A stretch of DNA of 64,000 nucleotides from Nitrospirota bacterium (lineage in GTDB: Bacteria; UBA2233): the NCBI GenBank assembly GCA_011620345.1, contig WOZJ01000057.1, forward strand, positions 1 through 64,000. The letters are read 5' to 3'. The position numbers and the translations under genes are program-made. The notes under the pieces were generated by a model, which saw nothing but the letters and a program-made list of their open reading frames with translations, ran no database searches and was not told the origin of the DNA. The first letter of the stretch is position 1; each line of letters starts with the position of its first letter. This document shows, one piece after another, positions 1 to 8,640 of this stretch.

Positions 1-357
1 ATCCGGCCTCACACGTCCGTATTAGGGTATCGACGGGGCCGTTGGAGGGCTGAAGTTGGCTATTGGGTAACATTTCACGATTGCCGCGGGGCATGCATGC
101 ATCAGTTTTTCGCGTGCAGTCTAAAGGGGCGGCCTTTTGTTGCAGGGTTCATTGGCCCGCCTGCCGTGCTAAATCACATCATGCATGCCTAGGGCTTGGG
201 GGGAAGGGAGAGGTTACGCGCAAACAAGGCCCATACCGCGAGGCTAAGGGGACGGGGCGCAGATAGTATATGGCCAGAGTTCTCAAGAAGGGCGGAACAA
301 TGTATTCCGGTGTCTTTAAGTTATTTTTATCCCATGTAATCGCGATATTTGTAGCAA

Positions 358-387
358 TTGACAAAGAGATGTAAAACTTGCTACGTT
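358..387 (+). promoter_or_regulatory. Putative sigma70 promoter for the envelope gene block
   Basis: TTGACA (358-363), 18-bp spacer, TGc-TACGTT (382-387) in an AT-rich intergenic stretch. Confidence 0.4.
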
Positions 388-518
388 CGGACTAATCATT
401 ATCCTGCTCTTTTTGTGTCTCTGTCCTCTGCCCCCTCGGGCTTTGATGGGTGTTTTAACGTTGCTTACGTCTCAACGCTTGAAGCCATAGAGAGGCAAAC
501 AAAAAATCGGAGACTGCT

Positions 519-812
519 ATGGAAGGCGAACAAAGGACGTTAACCCTACAATCCCTTCTTTCTTTCGAGCGCATGCTTACCCCTTTAATCATTCGCGGCA
601 TTTACATTGTCGGCGTGGTTCTTTGCATTTTCGGCGGTTTAAGCGCCATGTTTAGGTTTGGTTTTTTCGAAGGTTCAATAGTAGGACTCTTAACGGCTAT
701 TCTCGGGGTTTTTCTTGTCCGCATCGTTTGCGAGGGGCTGATTGTGGCCTTTCGGATTAACGAGACGCTCTCGGACATCAAGACCCTATTGCAAAAGAAG
801 GCTCTGTCTTGA
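519..812 (+). CDS. DUF4282-like small membrane protein
   Basis: GGAG RBS; LSFERMLTPLIIRGIY and RIVCEGLIVAFRINE motifs; two hydrophobic helices. Confidence 0.75.
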   Translation: MEGEQRTLTLQSLLSFERMLTPLIIRGIYIVGVVLCIFGGLSAMFRFGFFEGSIVGLLTAILGVFLVRIVCEGLIVAFRINETLSDIKTLLQKKALS

Positions 813-849
813 GATTCTGCCTGAACAACCTTTTGCTTAGCCGTGAAGC

Positions 850-1122
850 ATGAGGAGCATCCTGCATCAACACGGCCCAGCTTCACGCTTTTCTGGATGC
901 CTTCAGGGCGGGGCGGGTAGCCAAGGCCAGGATCCCAAGGTTATGGAAGCAGGAAAGAGCTATACGTTTACGGTTCCAATGGCCGGTCAAGCGCTTTTTA
1001 AAGCTCTCGATATAGGCCCTGAATCCGTATGGATCAAGGTTGACGGAGGCACGCAGCTCCCACCGAATACCTGGGTGAACTTAAAGCATATCGTTTTTAT
1101 CCAACCCGTTGCCCAGCAGTGA
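850..1122 (+). CDS. Small hypothetical protein, possibly a degenerate lipoprotein
   Basis: Fills the gap between same-strand genes; FSGC lipobox-like motif without a hydrophobic h-region; C-terminal WVNLKHIVFI. Confidence 0.4.
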   Translation: MRSILHQHGPASRFSGCLQGGAGSQGQDPKVMEAGKSYTFTVPMAGQALFKALDIGPESVWIKVDGGTQLPPNTWVNLKHIVFIQPVAQQ

Positions 1123-1187
1123 TTTTTGATTCTGCATGCAAAATGTCTTAGTTTTTATAGGCCTACAAACAAAAGCTGGTGCTTTGC

Positions 1188-2753
1188 ATGAAATTGCGTG
1201 AGATCAGGAAAACGTCTGGACATTCTCCTTGGCGAAGGCTGACAGCCTTTTTCAGCATCATCTCCATTTTCCTTTCAGGCTGTGCAAGCCTTGATGAAAT
1301 GGGCAGCAAAGAAAAAATAGGGACAGGGATTGGCTCGGTGCTCGGCGGTACGATAGGGGCCGTTGTGGGGAAGCAGGCCGGTAAAGATGACAAGTGGACG
1401 GTTGTCGGGGGTGTAACGGGCGCGCTTCTTGGTGGCGTGATCGGGAACCGCATCGGACATGCCTTCGATGAGCGTGATAAGCGTATCAAAGAAGCTGCCA
1501 AGGCCGAAAAGCTGAAAGTCGAGACGGAAGTCGTTGCCCTGCCGGCGGCTAAGGAAGGGCCACAAGCTGAAAAGCCCGAGCCTCAAGATCAAAAAGGGCT
1601 TCAGAAGCGCGGAGTCTATGCGCTTACCATCTCCGAGATCGAGCAGTTCCCCGTGGGTTCAGCCACCCTTACCCCGAATGCAAGGCGGTTTTTTGAGACG
1701 ACTGCCGAGACTTACAAGAAAGATGGTTACCGCAACATCCTTATCGTAGGCCATACGGATTCTACGGGCGATCCAGCCTTTAACCAAAGGCTTTCCGAGG
1801 CGCGTGCGAGAACCGTCGCCCAAATCTTCGTTGCTCACGGGTTTCCGGCAAATAGGGCCTTCTACCAAGGAGCCGGTGCTTCAGAGCCCGTGGCCAGCAA
1901 CGCCTCGGCGGAAGGCAGGGCAAAGAACCGGCGTGTGGAAGTGGTAGATGCGGAAACAACCGAGGGCCTGATCGCCTACAAGCAGTCCCAGGTAGCAAAA
2001 ACCAAAGAAGTTCACGCAAAAGACGTGAAGAAGGTGCCCTCAAGGAAGCCAGAAGTTGCCAAACGTGCTCCTTCACCCAAGGGAAAGCCTGAGCCGTCAA
2101 TAAAGGCGCCGAAGGTTGCAGGAATTGATTTTGGGGGCGTATCGATAAAAAAAGACCCTTGGCCTCCTGTTGCTAACGGGGTGATCATGCCGAACCCGCC
2201 ATGGAACCGCACTCTTTTAGGCAGCGTTATTCCCGCTGCCAGGGCAAGCGAGCCTGTACCTGACTTTTTTTCTGACTTTGTTCCTGAAGCCGGGGCTATC
2301 AAGAGCATGAGTGGCAAGGATATGGCCAAGCCAAGCGACCATTTGCCCGGTTATTATAGCCAGCCCCTTTACGGAAGGGCTGGTACTCACTTCGTTTACT
2401 TCAAGCCCGTATCGCTCCTTAAGGATGGCACTCCCGCCCGGGTGAGCGAGTTGGGGGTTATCCTAAATTACGACTTCAAGAAGAATCAAAACCCTAACTT
2501 CATTTTAGGCGGAAGCGTCATTACCTACCCGATGGAGGACGGCGTCCTTTACCGCTGGAAGGCATCGAGCAACGCTCAAGGCATTCTAGGGGCCGACATT
2601 CGCCTTCCTGTCTACTCCGAAGGAGAGCTCAAAAACAAAGACTTTATTCAGGCTTACGGAAAGCTTTACTATATCCGTAACGGTGAGGCCTACGTCGAGC
2701 GGATCGACCCGCAGGTTAAGGTTCTGCATGTTTCCATTGACTGGGGGATTTAG
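1188..2753 (+). CDS. OmpA-family lipoprotein with glycine zipper and extra C-terminal domain
   Basis: LSGC lipobox; GxxxG zipper; GHTDSTG..N..LSEARA and GRAKNRRVEV peptidoglycan-binding motifs. Confidence 0.85.
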   Translation: MKLREIRKTSGHSPWRRLTAFFSIISIFLSGCASLDEMGSKEKIGTGIGSVLGGTIGAVVGKQAGKDDKWTVVGGVTGALLGGVIGNRIGHAFDERDKRIKEAAKAEKLKVETEVVALPAAKEGPQAEKPEPQDQKGLQKRGVYALTISEIEQFPVGSATLTPNARRFFETTAETYKKDGYRNILIVGHTDSTGDPAFNQRLSEARARTVAQIFVAHGFPANRAFYQGAGASEPVASNASAEGRAKNRRVEVVDAETTEGLIAYKQSQVAKTKEVHAKDVKKVPSRKPEVAKRAPSPKGKPEPSIKAPKVAGIDFGGVSIKKDPWPPVANGVIMPNPPWNRTLLGSVIPAARASEPVPDFFSDFVPEAGAIKSMSGKDMAKPSDHLPGYYSQPLYGRAGTHFVYFKPVSLLKDGTPARVSELGVILNYDFKKNQNPNFILGGSVITYPMEDGVLYRWKASSNAQGILGADIRLPVYSEGELKNKDFIQAYGKLYYIRNGEAYVERIDPQVKVLHVSIDWGI

Positions 2754-2756
2754 ATA

Positions 2757-4538
2757 ATGGGCAAAATGCAGCTTTTTGAGTGGATTTCTTGGCGTCTTTT
2801 TTTGATTAAGATGGCCTTGGCAAAAATATTTAAGTTTAAGAGCCAGGCAAAGAAGGAGTTCCAATCATTAGGCCCAAACAGCCTTAAAAAGGGAGACCGG
2901 ACGGAGTACGAAGAAACAATAATCCGTAGCTTCGGTGAATTCTCTAAGAACGTTGATCAAACAACCTTTTCAAGGTTGGATTCCTATTTTAGTTTTATGA
3001 TTTTCGGCATTATTTTGATTATTGTAGGACTAATTTCTTCGGGGCCTTGGGGGGCTCGTCTACTCTGGCTTGGCGGATCTGTAGTCTTTGGGGCCCTTTC
3101 CGGTTTTATTTATGACGGGCTAAACAAACCGGCCAATTTTATCGTTAAAGAGGATGAGTATAAAAAGTGCAAACGTCTTCTCGAGTTTGTGGGCGAGAGT
3201 GCCAGGAAACCCCTATCGACAGGGATGATACTTCTTATTTTGCTTATGGTTTTTATCGATGCCGCCATGATAAGCATCGTGGCCATGGACTACGTCGCCG
3301 ACCTGCCCAGAAAATACGCACTATGGGGAGGTTTAGGCGTCGGGTTTATTGTCGCTATTATGCTCTTTTTCTTTACGCATGAGGCAGGAAAAGCCCTTTA
3401 TAGAGATACGAAGCGTAAAGAGCTTCAAGATGAGAGGCATCAAGATAAAGATAGGTTTAGCAAGACGTTAGATGAGCTTGGATATCGACCTTCTTTAGCG
3501 CCTCATTTCTTTTTGCACCCAAAACGCTATCTTTGGATGTGCGTTACTCTGATTATGATTGCTGGCCTAGCCTATGCCGCTTATGGTGCCCGCTACAACA
3601 CTCAAATGGATATGATCCTAAGCCAGACCGAGACAGCACAGCAAACCCTAGGCATAGAAACGGACAACTCGATGCTGCCCCCTGTTGTCACCCAGTCGCA
3701 AAAAGAGGCAGGGAATGAGATAGTGAATGAACATCAAGAGCTTGCCAAGCGTGCAACCCAATTTGCCCTTATTATCCTTACTCTCGTCTTTATCGGCATT
3801 CAAACGGTTGGGATCATGATGGGGTACAATCATGCCTTTTTTGACGATGAAACAGAAGAAGCCTCTGTAAAGGTTAGAGCTTACGAGATGCAAGAGGGGT
3901 TTTCTGGGCAATCCATGGAAATTGTCGCCAGAAAGGCGGCTACATTATTGAGTTACTATAATTCCGCCCTTCAGTCGGCAGCCAACGAATATGGATCTAA
4001 GGAAATAGAAAGTGCTCTTAGGTTACGAAAGTCGTTAGGAGAAAAAGACATAATAGAAATATTCAAGGGGCAGCAAAAGAATGGGCAAGGTAGCCATGAC
4101 CTAGGTCGAAACGACGGGGACATTCCAAGCCTTGCCACAGGGAGCCAGGCCGGCCAACAGGGGCAACCCCTTTTCCATTCAACCCATGATTCGGTCGCTT
4201 CGGCCCCAAGTGGGGGAGATTCTACTGTTTCTGGTGCCGATCAATTGGGAATAACTAGCAATCCAGATACTAATGCCATCACCAACGATACAGGTGTAAG
4301 AGAAACACTAGAAAAACCGTCCATGCCTAGCGAGAAAGGGGAAGACACCTTAAGCCCCAACATTAGACCCCTTAAAAAGAAAAAGAGAGAGCTTGAGAAG
4401 AGAAAGAATGAGCTTGAAGAAAAACTTGACGAGCTTGAAGAGAGCAATTTAGATCCTCAAGAAATCGAGCGGACTAAGGGGGAAATAAAGGGGCTCAAAC
4501 GAGCAATAAGAACAATAGAAGATCAACTTGAAGAATAA
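2757..4538 (+). CDS. Hypothetical polytopic membrane protein with C-terminal coiled coil
   Basis: 593-aa ORF starting 3 nt after the upstream stop; about 6 hydrophobic segments; S/G/Q/T-rich linker; E/K heptad tail. Confidence 0.8.
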   Translation: MGKMQLFEWISWRLFLIKMALAKIFKFKSQAKKEFQSLGPNSLKKGDRTEYEETIIRSFGEFSKNVDQTTFSRLDSYFSFMIFGIILIIVGLISSGPWGARLLWLGGSVVFGALSGFIYDGLNKPANFIVKEDEYKKCKRLLEFVGESARKPLSTGMILLILLMVFIDAAMISIVAMDYVADLPRKYALWGGLGVGFIVAIMLFFFTHEAGKALYRDTKRKELQDERHQDKDRFSKTLDELGYRPSLAPHFFLHPKRYLWMCVTLIMIAGLAYAAYGARYNTQMDMILSQTETAQQTLGIETDNSMLPPVVTQSQKEAGNEIVNEHQELAKRATQFALIILTLVFIGIQTVGIMMGYNHAFFDDETEEASVKVRAYEMQEGFSGQSMEIVARKAATLLSYYNSALQSAANEYGSKEIESALRLRKSLGEKDIIEIFKGQQKNGQGSHDLGRNDGDIPSLATGSQAGQQGQPLFHSTHDSVASAPSGGDSTVSGADQLGITSNPDTNAITNDTGVRETLEKPSMPSEKGEDTLSPNIRPLKKKKRELEKRKNELEEKLDELEESNLDPQEIERTKGEIKGLKRAIRTIEDQLEE

Positions 4539-4559
4539 ACAAGGTGGGTTACGGCTTTG

Positions 4560-5402
4560 ATGCATAAAAAAGGCGCTTTTTTTATGGCTCTTTTTGTCTT
4601 CTTTCTTTTTGGGCTTGCTGGAGCGAAGGAGCTTCCGTTTCCTAACAGCTGTTACGAGATGATTGGCGAAACGAAATACCTCAAAGAGCCTAAAGAGGCG
4701 CTTTTCGTGCTGATCGACGAAAGTACCGGGTTTGACGAGAACATCGTGGAGAGGGTTGTCGCGCTCGTAATGAGCTGGCTTGATGACGGCAAGGCAATCG
4801 AGGTTTTTCGGTTCTCGTCTTTTTCTAAAGACCGTTATACCGAGAAAGTCCTTGGCGGTTTCGTAGATCCGGCCCCGACGGATGAGTTTTTGGACAACAT
4901 CAAACGCTCGGAGCGCCTGAAGTTTGACCAATGCCACAAAAAGCAGCTTCTTCTGGCTAAGAATCAGGTAAGGCAAGCAATGCTTGGCATTTTCTCGGGT
5001 TCAAGCCCAGGGATCGGGCACTCTGACATCATTTCCAACCTCAAGACACTGTCGGGCCACATCAAGAGCTCCAATGCGAAATCGAAGAAGTTGCTGATCG
5101 TATCCGACATGCTCGAGAATTCCTCCATCACGAGCTTTTACGCGAGCGGCCATGTGAAGCTAATCGATCCCGATCAAGAAGCTGCTAAAGTCGAAAAGGC
5201 GGGATTTATTGGAGATTTTCACGGAGCCGAGGTTTATATCTTTGGGTTAGGGTATTTTGCAAGGAGCGAACTCTCAAAAAAAGAATCTTACCTAGACCCT
5301 GAAAGGCTTAGGCTTATCAAATCCTTTTGGGCGAATTACATAAAAAAGTCCAATGGCAAGGTTGTCGAGATCGGAACGCCCATGCTATTGGGAAACCTAT
5401 AA
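4560..5402 (+). CDS. Secreted vWA-like domain protein
   Basis: Signal peptide ending AGA; LFVLIDESTG (MIDAS-like), SDII and KLLIVSDMLENS strands typical of the vWA fold. Confidence 0.65.
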   Translation: MHKKGAFFMALFVFFLFGLAGAKELPFPNSCYEMIGETKYLKEPKEALFVLIDESTGFDENIVERVVALVMSWLDDGKAIEVFRFSSFSKDRYTEKVLGGFVDPAPTDEFLDNIKRSERLKFDQCHKKQLLLAKNQVRQAMLGIFSGSSPGIGHSDIISNLKTLSGHIKSSNAKSKKLLIVSDMLENSSITSFYASGHVKLIDPDQEAAKVEKAGFIGDFHGAEVYIFGLGYFARSELSKKESYLDPERLRLIKSFWANYIKKSNGKVVEIGTPMLLGNL

Positions 5403-5427
5403 ACCCTTTCAAGGAGCCGAGGGCAGG

Positions 5428-5487
5428 AACTATCCAGAGCTTAAAGCGAACGAGGCATACCAAAGGCTCATGAGCCAAACCGCTTGA
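5428..5487 (+). pseudogene. LemA-family gene remnant
   Basis: Intergenic frame reads NYPELKANEAYQRLMSQ, matching the LemA xYPxLKAxxxF/Y signature; no start codon. Confidence 0.55.
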
Positions 5488-5508
5488 AGCAAAGGAGCAA
5501 GAAAGGCA

Positions 5509-5877
5509 ATGACAATCCCACCTGAACGAGGAAGGCCAAGGGCTCAAGACATCCAGACCTGGGCGATGTGGATTCATTTCTCGCAGTTTGCCGGCATCTT
5601 TATCCCGATTGCCGGCCTGATCGTACCCGTTATTCTTTGGCAATCAAAAAGAGGCGAGTTTCCAGATCTCGACCCGCACGGCAAGGCCGTGACGAACTGG
5701 GTACTAAGCCTTGTGGTGTATGTGTTCGTTTGTCTTATCCTGTCGTTTGGCCTGATCGGCATCCCTTTGCTCCTTGCGCTTGGCATCGTCGGCGTCGTTT
5801 TCCCCGTGATCGGCGGGATCAAGGCCAACATGGGGGAAGCCTGGAAATACCCGCTTGCCATCCCGTTCCTAAAATGA
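5509..5877 (+). CDS. DUF4870-like membrane protein
   Basis: WAMWIHFSQF, HGKAVTNW and GGIKANMGEAWKYPLAI motifs. Confidence 0.8.
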   Translation: MTIPPERGRPRAQDIQTWAMWIHFSQFAGIFIPIAGLIVPVILWQSKRGEFPDLDPHGKAVTNWVLSLVVYVFVCLILSFGLIGIPLLLALGIVGVVFPVIGGIKANMGEAWKYPLAIPFLK

Positions 5878-6116
5878 AGCGTTGAAATGCCCTCGAGCAC
5901 GCGACGATTACGGTCTTTATTGAGGCCGGCGCCTTTTCTATAACCCTTGCAGAACGGCTTGAATTGCTTGCAATGGACCTCCGCTTATGTTTTCGCTATG
6001 CCAGGGGCCGTTGGTGAGAAGAGCCGCTTCGGGTCGGTTTGCCCCCCGGGAGCTTATTCTTCTATATTAATTAATCATACTGGAGAAGGGTGAGAAAGGA
6101 TAAAAAGGGGGCGACT

Positions 6117-7358
6117 ATGCATGAAGGCAGCACACTCCTTGGGCGTTTCTTCAAGGTCCGAGAGGCCACCCAAAGTCTGGTTCAACCACTTGCTCTAGAA
6201 GACATGGTCGTCCAAACCATGGCCGCTGTCAGCCCTCCCAAATGGCACCTAGCGCATACGACGTGGTTTTTTGAGACGTTTATCCTGCAGCAAAAAAAGG
6301 GGTACAGGCTTTTTGAGCCTGAGTTCCGCTACCTCTTTAATTCCTACTACGAGGGCGTTGGCCCCTATTTCCCTAAAAACAAACGGGGGACGCTCTCTAG
6401 GCCCTTGGTTTCCGAGGTGATGGCCTACCGGGCGTACGTCGAGGATGCAATCAAGCGCTTCGCGGGCGAAGAGGATGCTGCGAGTTTAGAGTTGGGAATT
6501 CAGCATGAGCAGCAGCACCAGGAACTCTTGCTGACCGACATCCTTCACATTTTTTCCAAAAACCCCCTCACCCCTGTATATAAGGAAGCTTGCCTGCCGC
6601 GAGCCAACGAGCCGCCGCTTCTTTCGATGCTCCCCTTCGAGGGCGGCGTTCGCAGCGTGGGGTATGCCGGTAAGGGGTTTGCCTTCGATAATGAGCAGCC
6701 TTGCCACGAGGTGCTTCTTGCCCCTTACAGGCTTTCGAGCCGGCTGGTGAGTGCGGGCGAGTATCTGGCCTTTATGGAGGACGGAGCCTACGACGACCCG
6801 CTCTTATGGCTCTCGGACGGCTGGGACTGGCTCAAGAAAACGGGGGTGCGGGCGCCTTTATACTGGGCACGCCTCCCTGAGGGCGGTTATGAGGTCATGA
6901 CACTGCATGGAAGGGTTCAGTTGGATCTTCATCGGCCCGTTTGCCATGTGAACTACTACGAGGCCGACGCGTTCGCTAGGTGGATGGGTAAGCGTTTGCC
7001 GACGGAGTTTGAGTGGGAAGTGGCGGCGGCCGAGCTCCATCCATCGGGCCATTTCATGGAAGAGGGGGTTTACGTCCCTTTCGCCTCTGCCGCCTCGAAA
7101 GAGGAGCTTGGCCAGGCCTTCGGGGATTGTTGGGAATGGACCTCTAGCCCTTATGTTCCATACCCCCGCTTTCGTCCGTTCTCTGGAGCGGCTGGCGAGT
7201 ACAACGGCAAGTTTATGGTGAACCAGCTTGTCCTGAAAGGGGGTTCTCTGGGGACGCCAAAGGACCATATCAGGGCGAGCTATCGCAACTTTTTCCCGGC
7301 GGAAACGTGCTGGCAGTTCTCGGGGATCCGCCTGGCGGATGAGGGTGCTGCATCTTAG
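6117..7358 (+). CDS. egtB: Ergothioneine sulfoxide synthase EgtB
   Basis: SPPKWHLAHTTWFFE, QHEQQHQEL (Fe ligands), FNSYY; FGE-sulfatase domain RLPTEFEWE, YRNFF. Confidence 0.92.
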   Translation: MHEGSTLLGRFFKVREATQSLVQPLALEDMVVQTMAAVSPPKWHLAHTTWFFETFILQQKKGYRLFEPEFRYLFNSYYEGVGPYFPKNKRGTLSRPLVSEVMAYRAYVEDAIKRFAGEEDAASLELGIQHEQQHQELLLTDILHIFSKNPLTPVYKEACLPRANEPPLLSMLPFEGGVRSVGYAGKGFAFDNEQPCHEVLLAPYRLSSRLVSAGEYLAFMEDGAYDDPLLWLSDGWDWLKKTGVRAPLYWARLPEGGYEVMTLHGRVQLDLHRPVCHVNYYEADAFARWMGKRLPTEFEWEVAAAELHPSGHFMEEGVYVPFASAASKEELGQAFGDCWEWTSSPYVPYPRFRPFSGAAGEYNGKFMVNQLVLKGGSLGTPKDHIRASYRNFFPAETCWQFSGIRLADEGAAS

Positions 7359-7394
7359 GTTGAAGTCAACCCCTAAAAGCAAGGAGGTTGTATC

Positions 7395-8354
7395 GTGCCG
7401 GAGAGGTTGAAGGCTGTCCGCTTCCCCGAGGTTGCATCCACCGGAGCGCCCTTCAAAGAGGACGTAGTTCGCGGTCTTTTGGCCTCCCCTAAGTCGATCT
7501 CTTGCAAGTGGCTATACGATGAAGAAGGCTCTCGGCTGTTTGAAGAAATTTGCAAGCTGCCCGAGTATTACCTGACCAGGACCGAAAACGAGCTCCTTTG
7601 GTCTATCGGGAAGGAAAGAAGCCCCCTGGCCGGAACGATCATCGAGTACGGGAGCGGGCACAGTGAAAAAGTGCGGGCCCTTTTAGAAGGCGTTCAGGCC
7701 TACGTTGCCATCGATATCGCAAGTGTCGCCCTGGAAAGGGCAGCGCTTGCGCTTTCCCAAGATTACCCAGACCTAAAGGTCCTTGCGCTTGTGGCCGATA
7801 TCACCAAGCCCTTGCCCCTGCCTTCTTTGTTGAACTCCTTCCCAAGGCCATGGGTAGCCTTTTATGCGGGCTCGAGCATCGGCAACTTTTCAAACGAGCA
7901 GGCACGCTTTTTATTGGGTCTGATAAGAGAGAATCTTGGTCCAGGCGATGGGCTCTTGATAGGAATCGACCTCCAAAAGCCTATCTCGATCCTAGAGCGG
8001 GCCTACGATGACGCGAAAGGCTTGACGGCTCGTTTCAACAAAAACCTTCTCAGTCGTATCGCTAAGGCTTTTGGGATTGATATTTCCCTCGAGAGCTTCA
8101 AGCACGTGGCCCGTTACAACGCGACGGAAGGTCGCATGGAGCTGTTCCTTGAATGCCTCGAGGATCAAACCTGGAAGCTTGGCCCTGGTGTTTTGGTCAA
8201 CCTTCAAAAAGGGGAAATGATCCATACGGAAAATTCCTACAAATATACCCTGAGGGGTTTTAGGGCACTACTTGAAAGCTCGGGGTTCCGCCCTCAAAAG
8301 ACATGGACCGACTCCAAAGAGCTCTTTGCCGTGCTCTATGCCGAAGTTCGCTGA
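7395..8354 (+). CDS. egtD: L-histidine N-alpha-methyltransferase EgtD
   Basis: LYDEEGSRLFEEICKLPEYYLTRTE, EYGSG, GSSIGNF, IHTENSYKY. Confidence 0.92.
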   Translation: MPERLKAVRFPEVASTGAPFKEDVVRGLLASPKSISCKWLYDEEGSRLFEEICKLPEYYLTRTENELLWSIGKERSPLAGTIIEYGSGHSEKVRALLEGVQAYVAIDIASVALERAALALSQDYPDLKVLALVADITKPLPLPSLLNSFPRPWVAFYAGSSIGNFSNEQARFLLGLIRENLGPGDGLLIGIDLQKPISILERAYDDAKGLTARFNKNLLSRIAKAFGIDISLESFKHVARYNATEGRMELFLECLEDQTWKLGPGVLVNLQKGEMIHTENSYKYTLRGFRALLESSGFRPQKTWTDSKELFAVLYAEVR

Positions 8355-8640
8355 AGCCTCAAACTAACAGGCAAAAAAAGAGCAACAGGGGTTCGAGCGC
8401 CATTGTGCTTTGGATGGCACCTTGTTGATGGAGGTTGCGGGGTTTTTACGCTGAACGGCCGAGTACCGCTCGGTCCGTGAGCCATATAGGCTACTGCGAG
8501 GCGCCGACGCGTTCGTCATGGAGAACGCAGTGTAGTTCCGCTTGCCGTGCACCGGGTCAACCAAACAGCTTCATGGTTTTGGCTCACCGGAAAGCCTAGC
8601 AGTATAATCAAAAAGGTGGATATAGAGAACGGGAAAATAA

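Noticed and set aside
15-70. TCGACGGGG segment faintly like a tmRNA 5' end
   Set aside because: No GGGG start, tag frame or T-arm/CCA end is visible.
1188-4538. Zorya/MotAB interpretation of the OmpA + TM pair
   Set aside because: The OmpA protein is a glycine-zipper lipoprotein, not a single-TM MotB/ZorB; gene order differs and there is no helicase/nuclease partner.
6117-7358. Selenoneine synthase SenA or OvoA
   Set aside because: No senB/senC neighbours, no C-terminal methyltransferase, and egtD is adjacent.
8455-8478. Hairpin ACGGCCGAG-TACCG-CTCGGTCCGT resembling group II intron domain V
   Set aside because: Too short, lacks domain VI and any RT ORF; could be chance.
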